64,000 nucleotides of DNA. Origin: Parcubacteria group bacterium. GTDB lineage: Bacteria; Patescibacteriota; Minisyncoccia; Moranbacterales; UBA2206. Positions 27,184 through 35,450 of this stretch are shown piece after piece. Position numbers and translations under genes: made by a program. Each line of letters begins with the position of its first letter. Position 1 is the first letter of the stretch. Location: positions 9,638 through 73,637 of the forward strand of contig JBAZBJ010000001.1 in NCBI GenBank assembly GCA_041671525.1, read 5' to 3'. Below the pieces are notes generated by a model that was not told the DNA's origin, searched no databases, and saw only the letters and a list, made by a program, of their open reading frames with translations.

Positions 27184-28104
27184 ATGGAAGACGAAATATC
27201 ATCGATAATTCCAAACACGACTCAAATTCCACATCTCATCATACGAGGGTGGATGCCTCTTTTGAGCGACGTAGAACTCAGAGTGCTTCTTGTTGTAGCT
27301 GATCAGACGTTGGGGTGGATCGAGGATCCGGAAACAAAAAGACGCAAAGAAAAGGATTGGATAAGTCAGAGTCAGCTGATGAAAAAAATAAGCCGGAGCG
27401 ATCGGGCGATTCAAAACTCGCTCAAACGATTAGTGGACGAACTGAGAATTATCCAAGCCCATGATGAATTAGGAGAGCTTTTGGATTCACCGCAAAAGCG
27501 CATGAAGTGCGGCGGAAAAATATTCTATCGTCTCAGTCTGAAACATCCTCATCAAGCCACCCCCGAAAATAGTTCGGGGGCAGTAAAATCCGCTGAGCAT
27601 TCACAACCCCCGAAAAGTCTTCGGGCGAAAAAATTTCGGGCTACAAAAGAAACTGTTTTTACAAAGAAGTCCTATCGGACAAGCGCGCTTGCCGGGGATA
27701 AAAAAATAATTCCAACCCGCTATTTTTTCGGAAAGTTCAGGCAGCTGTGTCAGGCAATCAGAAATACTGAGCCGATCTTCGTGAAGTTCAAGGACGGAAA
27801 ACTATTAAGTCACGCACTATGCCATTTGACTGAATTCCAGTTGGAGCTAGAACTCATATGGTTTTTGCAAAACAAAAAAGAAATGAATCCGAGCTTGGGA
27901 GCGGCGCTGTGCAAAGAGGTGATCAGAGATTTTATAAAAGCAAGTTATCGGGAGTATGGATTTTACAGAAATTTGGAACGGGTCGCGATGCAACATAGCA
28001 GTACAAAAAATACAAATGCAACCAATGAAGTCGAAGAAGAGAGGAAAATGATTGAAGCGCTTGAAAGACTAAAGAAATCATTCAGTGTTTTGCGGAGAAA
28101 TTAA
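27184..28104 (+). CDS. hypothetical protein, possible phage replication/wHTH DNA-binding protein
   Basis: N-terminal LSDVELRVLLVVADQTLGW...SQSQLMKKISRSDRAIQNSLKRLVDE resembles wHTH replication-organiser N-domains (weak, from memory); ATG 27184 or TTG 27130. Confidence 0.35.
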   Translation: MEDEISSIIPNTTQIPHLIIRGWMPLLSDVELRVLLVVADQTLGWIEDPETKRRKEKDWISQSQLMKKISRSDRAIQNSLKRLVDELRIIQAHDELGELLDSPQKRMKCGGKIFYRLSLKHPHQATPENSSGAVKSAEHSQPPKSLRAKKFRATKETVFTKKSYRTSALAGDKKIIPTRYFFGKFRQLCQAIRNTEPIFVKFKDGKLLSHALCHLTEFQLELELIWFLQNKKEMNPSLGAALCKEVIRDFIKASYREYGFYRNLERVAMQHSSTKNTNATNEVEEERKMIEALERLKKSFSVLRRN

Positions 28105-28154
28105 TAAGCATGTGAATTGATAAAAAATTTCTTCAGAGAAACAAAAACAAACAA

Positions 28155-29411
28155 ATGAAACATTTAGATTTATTTTCTGGTATCGGCGGTTTTGCCTACG
28201 CAATCGATCAGGTATGGCCTGGAGCCGAACATATATTTTGCGATAACGATAAATTTTGCCAGCAAGTTTTGAAAAAACACTGGCCCAACTCGAAAATTTA
28301 TGGAGATATACGAGCTATACGGTCAAGGAGATTTATTGCCGACTCCGACAGTGACAGATGCATCGGAAGGGGCAAGAAAATCAACACAACAAAAACCAAC
28401 AAGCAAACACAGCGTAACCTTAAAAAATATTATGCAAAAATTAACATCCTTACCGGAGGCTTCCCATGTCAACCTTTCTCCCAAGCCGGAAAAAGGCGAG
28501 GCACAGAAGATGACCGTTATCTCTGGCCAGAAATGCTTCGAGTCATCCGTCTTACAAAACCGAACTGGGTCATTGCTGAAAATGTGCGCGGATTACTTAC
28601 TATGCAAGGCGGAGTGGTATTCGAACAAGTGTGTCTTGACCTGGAAGATTCCGGCTACGAAGTCCAGCCGTTTATTATTCCAGCTGTCGCCGTCAACGCT
28701 CCGCACAGAAGAGACAGGATCTGGTTTGTTGCTCACGCCATCAGCGATACAGCCGATAGAAAGAAAAAATGCGGAAAGCTATCTGAAGCGGCAGATAAAC
28801 AGGAACAAAACGGGACACAATACGGTTCCTCCCGGCAATCTCTACGAACAGCTTTTGGCGAAAGGTGCAAAAGATTTAAGAAAAACGAATCTGTGGCCCA
28901 GGATGTTGGGAACGCCAAAAGCGCAAGACAGTCGAGCATCAATGAAAGACAGGGGAAAGCACAATATGGGAGAGCAGGTGCAGGCAGCGATAAATGCATT
29001 ACTCCCAACGCCAAGAGTAAGCGAAAAGGAAGGCTCTCCAGTGAAAAATGCGGAACTGCGAAATGGACGGTGGAGCAGAATGAATCAAAAGGGAGTGAGA
29101 TTCGGAGTGAAGGTAAAAGATGTGTTGGCGGTGTTGCCTACGCCGAGAGCAGGAAATCCGGGAAGCAGACCAAATGGCAAGGGTGGGAAAATTTTGAACG
29201 AAGAGATTGGGAAAGAATCTGGATTGAAGTTGCAGCCGAACTTTGTGGAGTGGATGATGGGCTACCCGCAAAATTGGACGGACTTGAATTATCAAAATCA
29301 AGACATCGAATAGAAAGATTAAAAGCCCTCGGAAATGCAATTGTTCCACATGTGGCAGTTGAAATTATGAGAGCGATTAAAGAAGCTGATGAAGGCATTA
29401 GCAATACTTGA
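28155..29411 (+). CDS. DNA (cytosine-5)-methyltransferase, phage type
   Basis: Motif I DLFSGIGG, IV GGFPCQPFS, VI AENVRGLL, VIII PHRRDRIWFVA, X LKALGNAIVP, all in one uninterrupted frame. Confidence 0.8.
   Translation: MKHLDLFSGIGGFAYAIDQVWPGAEHIFCDNDKFCQQVLKKHWPNSKIYGDIRAIRSRRFIADSDSDRCIGRGKKINTTKTNKQTQRNLKKYYAKINILTGGFPCQPFSQAGKRRGTEDDRYLWPEMLRVIRLTKPNWVIAENVRGLLTMQGGVVFEQVCLDLEDSGYEVQPFIIPAVAVNAPHRRDRIWFVAHAISDTADRKKKCGKLSEAADKQEQNGTQYGSSRQSLRTAFGERCKRFKKNESVAQDVGNAKSARQSSINERQGKAQYGRAGAGSDKCITPNAKSKRKGRLSSEKCGTAKWTVEQNESKGSEIRSEGKRCVGGVAYAESRKSGKQTKWQGWENFERRDWERIWIEVAAELCGVDDGLPAKLDGLELSKSRHRIERLKALGNAIVPHVAVEIMRAIKEADEGISNT
28300..29313 (+). CDS. 337-codon ORF in the +1 frame fully embedded in the C5-MTase gene (5 LPTP-type repeats and a FVEWMMGYPQNWT box); coding status unresolved
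   Basis: No stop for 1014 nt; LLPTPTVTD, LLLTPSA, MLGTPKAQD, LLPTPRVSE, VLPTPRAGN, LQPNFVEWMMGYPQNWTDL. Confidence 0.4.
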   Translation: MEIYELYGQGDLLPTPTVTDASEGARKSTQQKPTSKHSVTLKNIMQKLTSLPEASHVNLSPKPEKGEAQKMTVISGQKCFESSVLQNRTGSLLKMCADYLLCKAEWYSNKCVLTWKIPATKSSRLLFQLSPSTLRTEETGSGLLLTPSAIQPIERKNAESYLKRQINRNKTGHNTVPPGNLYEQLLAKGAKDLRKTNLWPRMLGTPKAQDSRASMKDRGKHNMGEQVQAAINALLPTPRVSEKEGSPVKNAELRNGRWSRMNQKGVRFGVKVKDVLAVLPTPRAGNPGSRPNGKGGKILNEEIGKESGLKLQPNFVEWMMGYPQNWTDLNYQNQDIE

Positions 29412-29522
29412 GGAGTTTGGGACCCAATAGTCTGACTCTTCGAGTGTGGCTAATCCACACATTTTGCCTGCTGGTCGACAGGCAGTTGAAAGATAAAAAA
29501 TAATAAAGAAAAGTTAAAACAT

Positions 29523-29780
29523 ATGGAACAAGATCAGAACTTATTGGAGGAGATTTTGCGGGCTATCGTTAATTATCCTGCAGAGGTGCAGGTAGAAAGG
29601 CACGTCGATGAAATGGGAGTTCTCCTCTCTGTAAAACTTGGAGAAGGTGATGCTGGAATTGTGATCGGAAAAGACGGACGCGCTATTAAGGCGATACGCG
29701 CGATTATGAGTCTTGTCGGTCGCAAGAGCAAAGCTCGTCTTAGTGTTCGACTCGATGTGCCGGACCTGCCAAGAGCGTAG
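29523..29780 (+). CDS. KH-domain RNA-binding protein, phage-block paralog of 9764..10087
   Basis: VQVERHVDEMGVLLSVKLGEGDAGIVIGKDGRAIKAIRAIMSLV aligns residue-for-residue with the chromosomal KH protein. Confidence 0.7.
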   Translation: MEQDQNLLEEILRAIVNYPAEVQVERHVDEMGVLLSVKLGEGDAGIVIGKDGRAIKAIRAIMSLVGRKSKARLSVRLDVPDLPRA

Positions 29781-29867
29781 GATCAGCATCGGAAGTGCAC
29801 TAATCAAAACGGCGGCGTTGCCGCTACGGGCAGGACAAATAAACAAAATCTGTCAAAACAAATAATT

Positions 29868-30173
29868 ATGAACAGAACTAAAAAAGGAAAACTTTTCGAG
29901 CGGAAAGCATACGATATTATTCTGCAAGAAGGTTATTGGATTGAAAAAGCTCGTGTTGCGAAATTTCAACCCCAAGATCTTTTCGGATGTTGGGATTTGA
30001 TAGCTGTCGATAAGAAAAATATTCGCTTTATTCAAGTCAGCACTGAACGCTTCAGTTCGCGATCAAGGGCTGATCAGGAAAGAATGATGGCTTTTCCCAA
30101 ACCGCCGCATACATCAAAAGAATACTGGCGATGGAATGTTAAAAAAGATAAATTCGAAATAATAACAATATGA
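29868..30173 (+). CDS. hypothetical protein, possible PD-(D/E)xK / resolvase-like nuclease
   Basis: GKLFERKA...DLFGCWDLIAVD...IRFIQVS spacing resembles E...D...(E/Q)xK nucleases; weak. Confidence 0.3.
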   Translation: MNRTKKGKLFERKAYDIILQEGYWIEKARVAKFQPQDLFGCWDLIAVDKKNIRFIQVSTERFSSRSRADQERMMAFPKPPHTSKEYWRWNVKKDKFEIITI

Positions 30174-30466
30174 AAACAAGACTTGAAACATTGGAGTTGA
30201 TTCACGACTCATTATTGGAGGAAAAGCTGCGATTGGAAATAGCCATTTTGAACATGGAAGATCGTGGCGACGATGACGTTATAGTTCCGCGCATGACACC
30301 ATTCAGCCTAGACGGACAAAAAACCAAGAAAGAACTTGCAGCTGAGTTTCAGGAGCGGATCGAAAAAGTCGAAAACGCCATGCTTAAAACAAAAAAATTA
30401 ATAGAAGAAGAATATGTTCGCACTAAAAATATTCCAAAAGAAATCCCAGTCGGAGAAAATAAATAA
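30170..30466 (+). CDS. hypothetical coiled-coil protein
   Basis: 98-aa ORF overlapping previous stop by 4 nt. Confidence 0.4.
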   Translation: MKTRLETLELIHDSLLEEKLRLEIAILNMEDRGDDDVIVPRMTPFSLDGQKTKKELAAEFQERIEKVENAMLKTKKLIEEEYVRTKNIPKEIPVGENK

Positions 30467-30622
30467 ATCCATCGATAGCGTTTCTATCCCCCGTGAACTT
30501 TTAGCCGAAACTCAAAGTCGACGCATTGATATGATTCAAAGGGAAGAAGAAATTGAAGTGAATATGGATCTTTCGAAATGGATGCGCTTTTTAATTCGAA
30601 TCAAATTATTCTTAACACGTTT

Positions 30623-31894
30623 ATGGATAAAAATTCAAAAATAATAAAAATTTCAGATCTCAAACATCCGTCCTATAACCCGCGGGAAATCAAGAGTGAT
30701 GACGTCGATGCTTTGAAGCGGTCTATTGAAAGATTCGGACTTCGGGGACTCGTAACGATCAACACTCATAAGGGTCGCGACGGTTTCATTGTGGGCGGTA
30801 ACTTGACTGTTATGGTACTTAAGGAGTTGGGGTGGGAAACGATACCGAAAGAAAACGTGGACCTGGTAGACCTTAACGAAAAAGAAGAAAAAGCATTGAG
30901 TCTGGCATTAAATAAAATTGCCGAACGACGAAGCTGGAATGATGAAAAGTTGGCTGAACTTATGGTAGAGCTCAACCAGTCAGATTTTGACTTGACAGTA
31001 ACTGGTTTCAATGAGGTTGAAATCAGTAATCTTCTTGATACGCAGATACTTGATGAGCCGGAAGACGAGGAAGATAAAACTGCTGAAGAGGAATATGAGG
31101 AAATAAAAAAACCGGAGTCAAAATATGGCGAGATATATAAGCTGGGAAGGCATCGTCTCATGTGCGGGGATGCAACGAAAATAGAGGATGTGAAAAAACT
31201 GATGGAGGCTGTAAAGGCTGATATGGTTTTTACTGATCCGCCGTATAACGTCGCTCATGTGAGTCATGAAAAAAGCGGTAAATTTCCTACAGAGCAGGGA
31301 AGGATTTTGGGCGACCAACAGAGCCAGGAAGACTTCGAAGCATTCAGTGAAAAAGTGTTTGCCAATTACCATGAAATTCTGAAACCCGGCTCGACGATTT
31401 ATGTCTGCACCGGCTACACTAGTTATCCGCTCTGGTACTACGAAATGCTGAATTCGGGCTTTGAATTTTCATCGACGATAGTGTGGGTCAAACCATCTTT
31501 TTCTATCGGATGGAGCGATTACAAAAAACAATACGAACAGATCATGAAAGCCAAGAGAAGCAAGAGCAAAACCAAGGCTCAGCCATTAATATATGGCTGG
31601 AAAAAGGGCGAGAGGCATTTTTTCTTTGGAGATAATAACGAGAGTGACGTGTGGGAATTTCCCAGAAAGGCAGTTACTAAAATGGAGCATCCGACGGAAA
31701 AACCAGAGTGGCTCATCATGCGGGCGATTAAGAATTCCAGCCGAATGGGTAATATCATCGTTGATTTCTTCGGCGGATCAGGCAGTACGCTTTTTGCCGC
31801 AAACAAACTAGGTCGCACCTGTTATCTGTTGGAACTTGATCCGTGCTGGTGCGATGTCATTCGAAAACGTTGGAACAATGTAAAGCAAAAATAA
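30623..31894 (+). CDS. ParB-like N-terminal domain fused to N6/N4 DNA methyltransferase
   Basis: ParB-N-like KISDLKHPSYNPREI...GLRGLVTIN; MTase motif IV FTDPPYN and motif I DFFGGSGST; ATG 30623 preferred over 30578. Confidence 0.8.
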   Translation: MDKNSKIIKISDLKHPSYNPREIKSDDVDALKRSIERFGLRGLVTINTHKGRDGFIVGGNLTVMVLKELGWETIPKENVDLVDLNEKEEKALSLALNKIAERRSWNDEKLAELMVELNQSDFDLTVTGFNEVEISNLLDTQILDEPEDEEDKTAEEEYEEIKKPESKYGEIYKLGRHRLMCGDATKIEDVKKLMEAVKADMVFTDPPYNVAHVSHEKSGKFPTEQGRILGDQQSQEDFEAFSEKVFANYHEILKPGSTIYVCTGYTSYPLWYYEMLNSGFEFSSTIVWVKPSFSIGWSDYKKQYEQIMKAKRSKSKTKAQPLIYGWKKGERHFFFGDNNESDVWEFPRKAVTKMEHPTEKPEWLIMRAIKNSSRMGNIIVDFFGGSGSTLFAANKLGRTCYLLELDPCWCDVIRKRWNNVKQK

Positions 31895-31907
31895 CTTCAC
31901 GACAATT

Positions 31908-32471
31908 ATGGCAAAGCTGGCAATTACAACATCTAAAATGCCTGGAGAGACGGAGCAGCAATACACCGCCTGGCTTTTGTATTGTGAAGCAGGAAGTCTT
32001 AGAAAGACATTTGGCCTGTGGGACAAGGTTGGGCAAAGCTTGGGTGAAGCTGGGGCAGAATTCGTCGACAGGCTGGGCAAGAAACCGAGCGATACGACTC
32101 TGGAGAATTGGTCGAAAAAGTTTCGCTGGGTCGAACGTAAAGAGCTCAAACTAACCGAAGATTTGGAAGGACTTCGTAAAAAGGCGCAAGAAATAAAACA
32201 GAAAAAAGTTTTTGTGATAGGTGAGATTTTCTGGGAAAAAATTCAGTCACTGAAGAAGCAGATGAAAAAAGGCGAAGGTGCGACAGTGGATGAGATTAAA
32301 AAATTATGGGAAATGTTTCGCACAGAGATGGGGGAGTCTTTGGGCAAGCATGAGCTGAGCATTAGGGAAGAAGAACAGAAGCCACCGACTGCAGAAGAGC
32401 AGGAGCTAGGAGAAGCAATAGACGAATCTATCAAAGCATTTTATGAACGAAAAGGAAAAGCAAAAAAATAG
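31908..32471 (+). CDS. hypothetical protein, possible terminase small subunit (position-based)
   Basis: Immediately upstream of and overlapping the terminase large subunit; helical, basic N-terminus. Confidence 0.35.
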   Translation: MAKLAITTSKMPGETEQQYTAWLLYCEAGSLRKTFGLWDKVGQSLGEAGAEFVDRLGKKPSDTTLENWSKKFRWVERKELKLTEDLEGLRKKAQEIKQKKVFVIGEIFWEKIQSLKKQMKKGEGATVDEIKKLWEMFRTEMGESLGKHELSIREEEQKPPTAEEQELGEAIDESIKAFYERKGKAKK

Positions 32472-33984
32472 CATTTTGTATTGGATCAAAGAGAATGGAG
32501 TAAAGAGTGAAAGCGGTGATCCGATTGAATTTTCCGATCACCGCTTCATGTTGGATATTTATTCAGACCGTACGCCTGTGCAGGTTATACGCAAGGGTTC
32601 CCAGATCGGAGCAAGCACGATGGAGATTTTGCGGGCAATTCATGCAGCACGGTTCTGGGGAATCAATCAGATATACACCCTTCCCACGGCTGATGATGTG
32701 GCTGAGTTCGTGAAAAGCAAAGTAAATCGCATCATGAAAATAAATGCATGCATTCTGGACGGAGTGAGCGGCAGGGACGTGGATTCCATTGAGCAGAAAC
32801 AGATAGGAAAATCATTCTTGTTTTTCAAGGGAACTTACACGGAAAAAGAAGCGATCATGCTCACGTCTGACCGCAACATACATGACGAGCTGGATAAATC
32901 CAAGGCCGAGGTTATTCGCGATTATACGAGTCGCATGGGATTTTCAAAAATAAGAAGCCAACATTACTTCTCGACTCCGACTGTTCCCGATGTGGGAGTT
33001 GACAGACTTTTTGGACAATCTGACCAGAAGCACTGGCGCTTCAATTGCCCTCATTGCGATCATGAACAGCACATGGAATGGGAAAAGAACGTGGACCGTG
33101 AGCGAAGAATCTATATTTGTCAGAAATGCAGAAAGGAAATAACTCCGCGCTGGGCATGTGATAACGGAAGATGGGTGGCAAGATATCCAGGAGAAGCGAT
33201 AAGCGGATATTGGATAAGTCAGATGATATGCCCATGGCGCTCAGCAGCTGACCTTCTGACGGAAGAATCCAATGCCGAGGATTTGCGGTATTTCTATAAT
33301 TTCGTTTTGGGATTACCGTACATTGCCGCTGATCAGAAAATTCCCCAGGGACTGTTTCTTCGTAATATCACCAATGAGGAAGCTGAAACCTCAGGCTGGA
33401 ACGTTATGGGAGCGGACACGGGAGACGAGAATCACGTAGTGATTGGCAATGCCAAAGGGATATTCTGGATCGGCAAAATCAAGGATCGCCCGAATAAAAC
33501 ACGTTGGGAATATATGGCTGAACTCATTCAATTTTATGATATACGGGTTTGCGTTATTGATGCCATGCCGTGGACTGAAGAAGCACTGCGTCTGGCTCGT
33601 CAGTTTCCGTATCGCGTCTATGTCAATTTTTACAAGGAAGACCCGAAAATGCTGGAGGTCATTCGCTGGAGCGATGAAGCGGAAGAAGGCGAAAAAGTTT
33701 TCGAGGAAGAGGTGAAGGTGCTCACTTCGCGTAACCGTATTATTGACGATACCATCTCCTCATTGCGTAGAGGCGAGATAAAATTTGCCATGAAGCCAAA
33801 TGACGCGACTTTTCGAATGCTCATAGACCATTCTCAGACAATGTATGCAAGAACGGTAACAAACCAATACGGTCAGGAAAAACGAGAATGGGAAACGACT
33901 ACCGGCACGGATCACGCCTGGCACGCCCTAATTTATTGGCATATAGCTTTCAAAAAAAGATTAAAATATGAACCGAACAAATAA
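32443..33984 (+). CDS. phage terminase large subunit (GpA-like)
   Basis: N-terminal ATPase region (VIRKGSQIGAST, LTSDRNIHDELD), central CPHCDHEQ...CQKCRKE zinc ribbon, C-terminal nuclease-like half; resembles Terminase_GpA family (from memory). Confidence 0.65.
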   Translation: MNEKEKQKNSILYWIKENGVKSESGDPIEFSDHRFMLDIYSDRTPVQVIRKGSQIGASTMEILRAIHAARFWGINQIYTLPTADDVAEFVKSKVNRIMKINACILDGVSGRDVDSIEQKQIGKSFLFFKGTYTEKEAIMLTSDRNIHDELDKSKAEVIRDYTSRMGFSKIRSQHYFSTPTVPDVGVDRLFGQSDQKHWRFNCPHCDHEQHMEWEKNVDRERRIYICQKCRKEITPRWACDNGRWVARYPGEAISGYWISQMICPWRSAADLLTEESNAEDLRYFYNFVLGLPYIAADQKIPQGLFLRNITNEEAETSGWNVMGADTGDENHVVIGNAKGIFWIGKIKDRPNKTRWEYMAELIQFYDIRVCVIDAMPWTEEALRLARQFPYRVYVNFYKEDPKMLEVIRWSDEAEEGEKVFEEEVKVLTSRNRIIDDTISSLRRGEIKFAMKPNDATFRMLIDHSQTMYARTVTNQYGQEKREWETTTGTDHAWHALIYWHIAFKKRLKYEPNK

Positions 33985-34195
33985 TCAAAAATCAATAATG
34001 CCGGCAGGGCATGAACGCAATATAATCCTGTCAGACATAGCCAAGGATATCACTTCAATCGAAGAAGAGGGATTCGGCAGGGTTGTGATAGAAATAAAAA
34101 GCGGAAAAATCGTGAACTGGTGGAAAGTGGCTTCGCGTACCAGGCGCGGTTTTCTCAAAAGAATGAAAGACAGCCACGGCGAGTCGATGCTATAA
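33968..34195 (+). CDS. hypothetical small protein (YezD/DUF2292-like?)
   Basis: GFGRVVIEIKSGKIVNWWKV resembles the DUF2292 beta-hairpin motif; weak. Confidence 0.3.
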   Translation: MNRTNNQKSIMPAGHERNIILSDIAKDITSIEEEGFGRVVIEIKSGKIVNWWKVASRTRRGFLKRMKDSHGESML

Positions 34196-34569
34196 AGACC
34201 GAATTCAAAAAGTAAAAATCTTTACAAAATATTTACCAATTTTTTACCGAAAATTATCACTGCTGCAGTTATAATAATTCCAGCAAGATGAATTTCTTGG
34301 AGATTAAAAAGGTTCTTGTCCGGAGTATTTCAGAGAGGGAGGAATATTACGGAGGGTCGATGCGAACCAGTATCTCAGAATATAATTTTTTAAGGTAATA
34401 ATACGATTTCGCAATTGGCATCCGAATATATAAGCGTTCTGCAAAGAAAACACTCTTACGGGTGCGCGCCTTTCTTTGTGGGCGTTTTCGGTTTGTTTTT
34501 GCGTATGGGCAAATAGGATTTAAAATGATAGAATATCTGTGTTGCATAAAATATCAGCGTTCAAAAAAT

Positions 34570-35241
34570 ATGCGAATTTTGGTTATAGATGATGATCCGA
34601 AAATAGCTGAGTTTCTGAAATCGAATCTGGAAGTCGAGCTTTTTGCAGTGGATGTGGCAACGGATGGAGAAAAAGGATCTTATCTGGCTCGCTCTAATGA
34701 TTATGATCTGGTTATTCTGGACAATGTGCTTCCGAAGAAAATAGGCATAGAGGTGTGCCGTGAAATTCGCGAGAGAAAGAAAGGAGTCAGGATATTGATG
34801 CTTTCCGCATTATCGGATATCGCGACCAAAGTAGACCTTCTGGATGGAGGTGCGGATGATTACCTTACTAAACCATTTTCCTTCAAAGAGTTACTATCCA
34901 GAGTGAAAGCATTGATGCGTCGCCCCAATATTGCCGTCAATGAAATTGTTAATATAGGCGATCTGATTATAGATACAAGTAATCATGAAGTTACGCGTGG
35001 AAAAAAGAAGATACGTCTTACCCGCAAAGAGTTCATGCTTTTGGAATATCTTGCCAAGAATGCAGGACGCACATTGACTCAGGGAGATATACTTGAGCAC
35101 GTGTGGGACATGGAGCTGGACGTTTTTTCCAATACGCTGAAGTCGCACATAAGAAACCTGCGTGCCAAGATAGACAGCGGAAGGAAAGAGAGCATTATTC
35201 AAACGGTAAACGGTAGAGGATATAAAATAGAATTGAACTGA
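34570..35241 (+). CDS. OmpR-family response regulator
   Basis: MRILVIDDD, DLVILD, LTKPF receiver motifs; C-terminal winged helix LTRKEFMLLEYL...VNGRGYKI; ATG 34570 preferred over tracked 34462. Confidence 0.9.
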   Translation: MRILVIDDDPKIAEFLKSNLEVELFAVDVATDGEKGSYLARSNDYDLVILDNVLPKKIGIEVCREIRERKKGVRILMLSALSDIATKVDLLDGGADDYLTKPFSFKELLSRVKALMRRPNIAVNEIVNIGDLIIDTSNHEVTRGKKKIRLTRKEFMLLEYLAKNAGRTLTQGDILEHVWDMELDVFSNTLKSHIRNLRAKIDSGRKESIIQTVNGRGYKIELN

Positions 35242-35450
35242 TTTCTCAACTTTTTCTTTACCTTTTCTTTACCTCGTTTTGATACAATGGAAACATGATT
35301 CTTGGTCGAGGAATTATTTTTATCAAAATAATAACAATAAGAAAATGAAAAAGAAAATCATCAAGAAAATTTTGACAAGCAAAAAGCTTAGACATGCAGT
35401 CCCACTGAGCGCATTTGTGGTGTCAATCGCAAGCGTCGCTCAACCCTGGG

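Larger units (their letters stand above)
25860..34200. mobile_element. phage-derived gene block (prophage remnant or satellite-like element); boundaries approximate
   Basis: Co-oriented small ORFs, two DNA methyltransferases, terminase small/large pair; no integrase, portal or capsid genes and no convincing att repeats seen. Confidence 0.5.

Noticed and set aside
28155-29411. Interpretation of the C5-MTase locus as a frameshifted pseudogene
   Set aside because: Frame A is uninterrupted from motif I to motif X, so the gene is not visibly broken. The alternative-frame ORF is therefore reported as a finding rather than as decay.
25790-34300. Search for att-type direct repeats flanking the phage block
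   Set aside because: Only a 9-nt match (tttacaaaa, near 25872 and 34227) was seen, which is too short to be meaningful.
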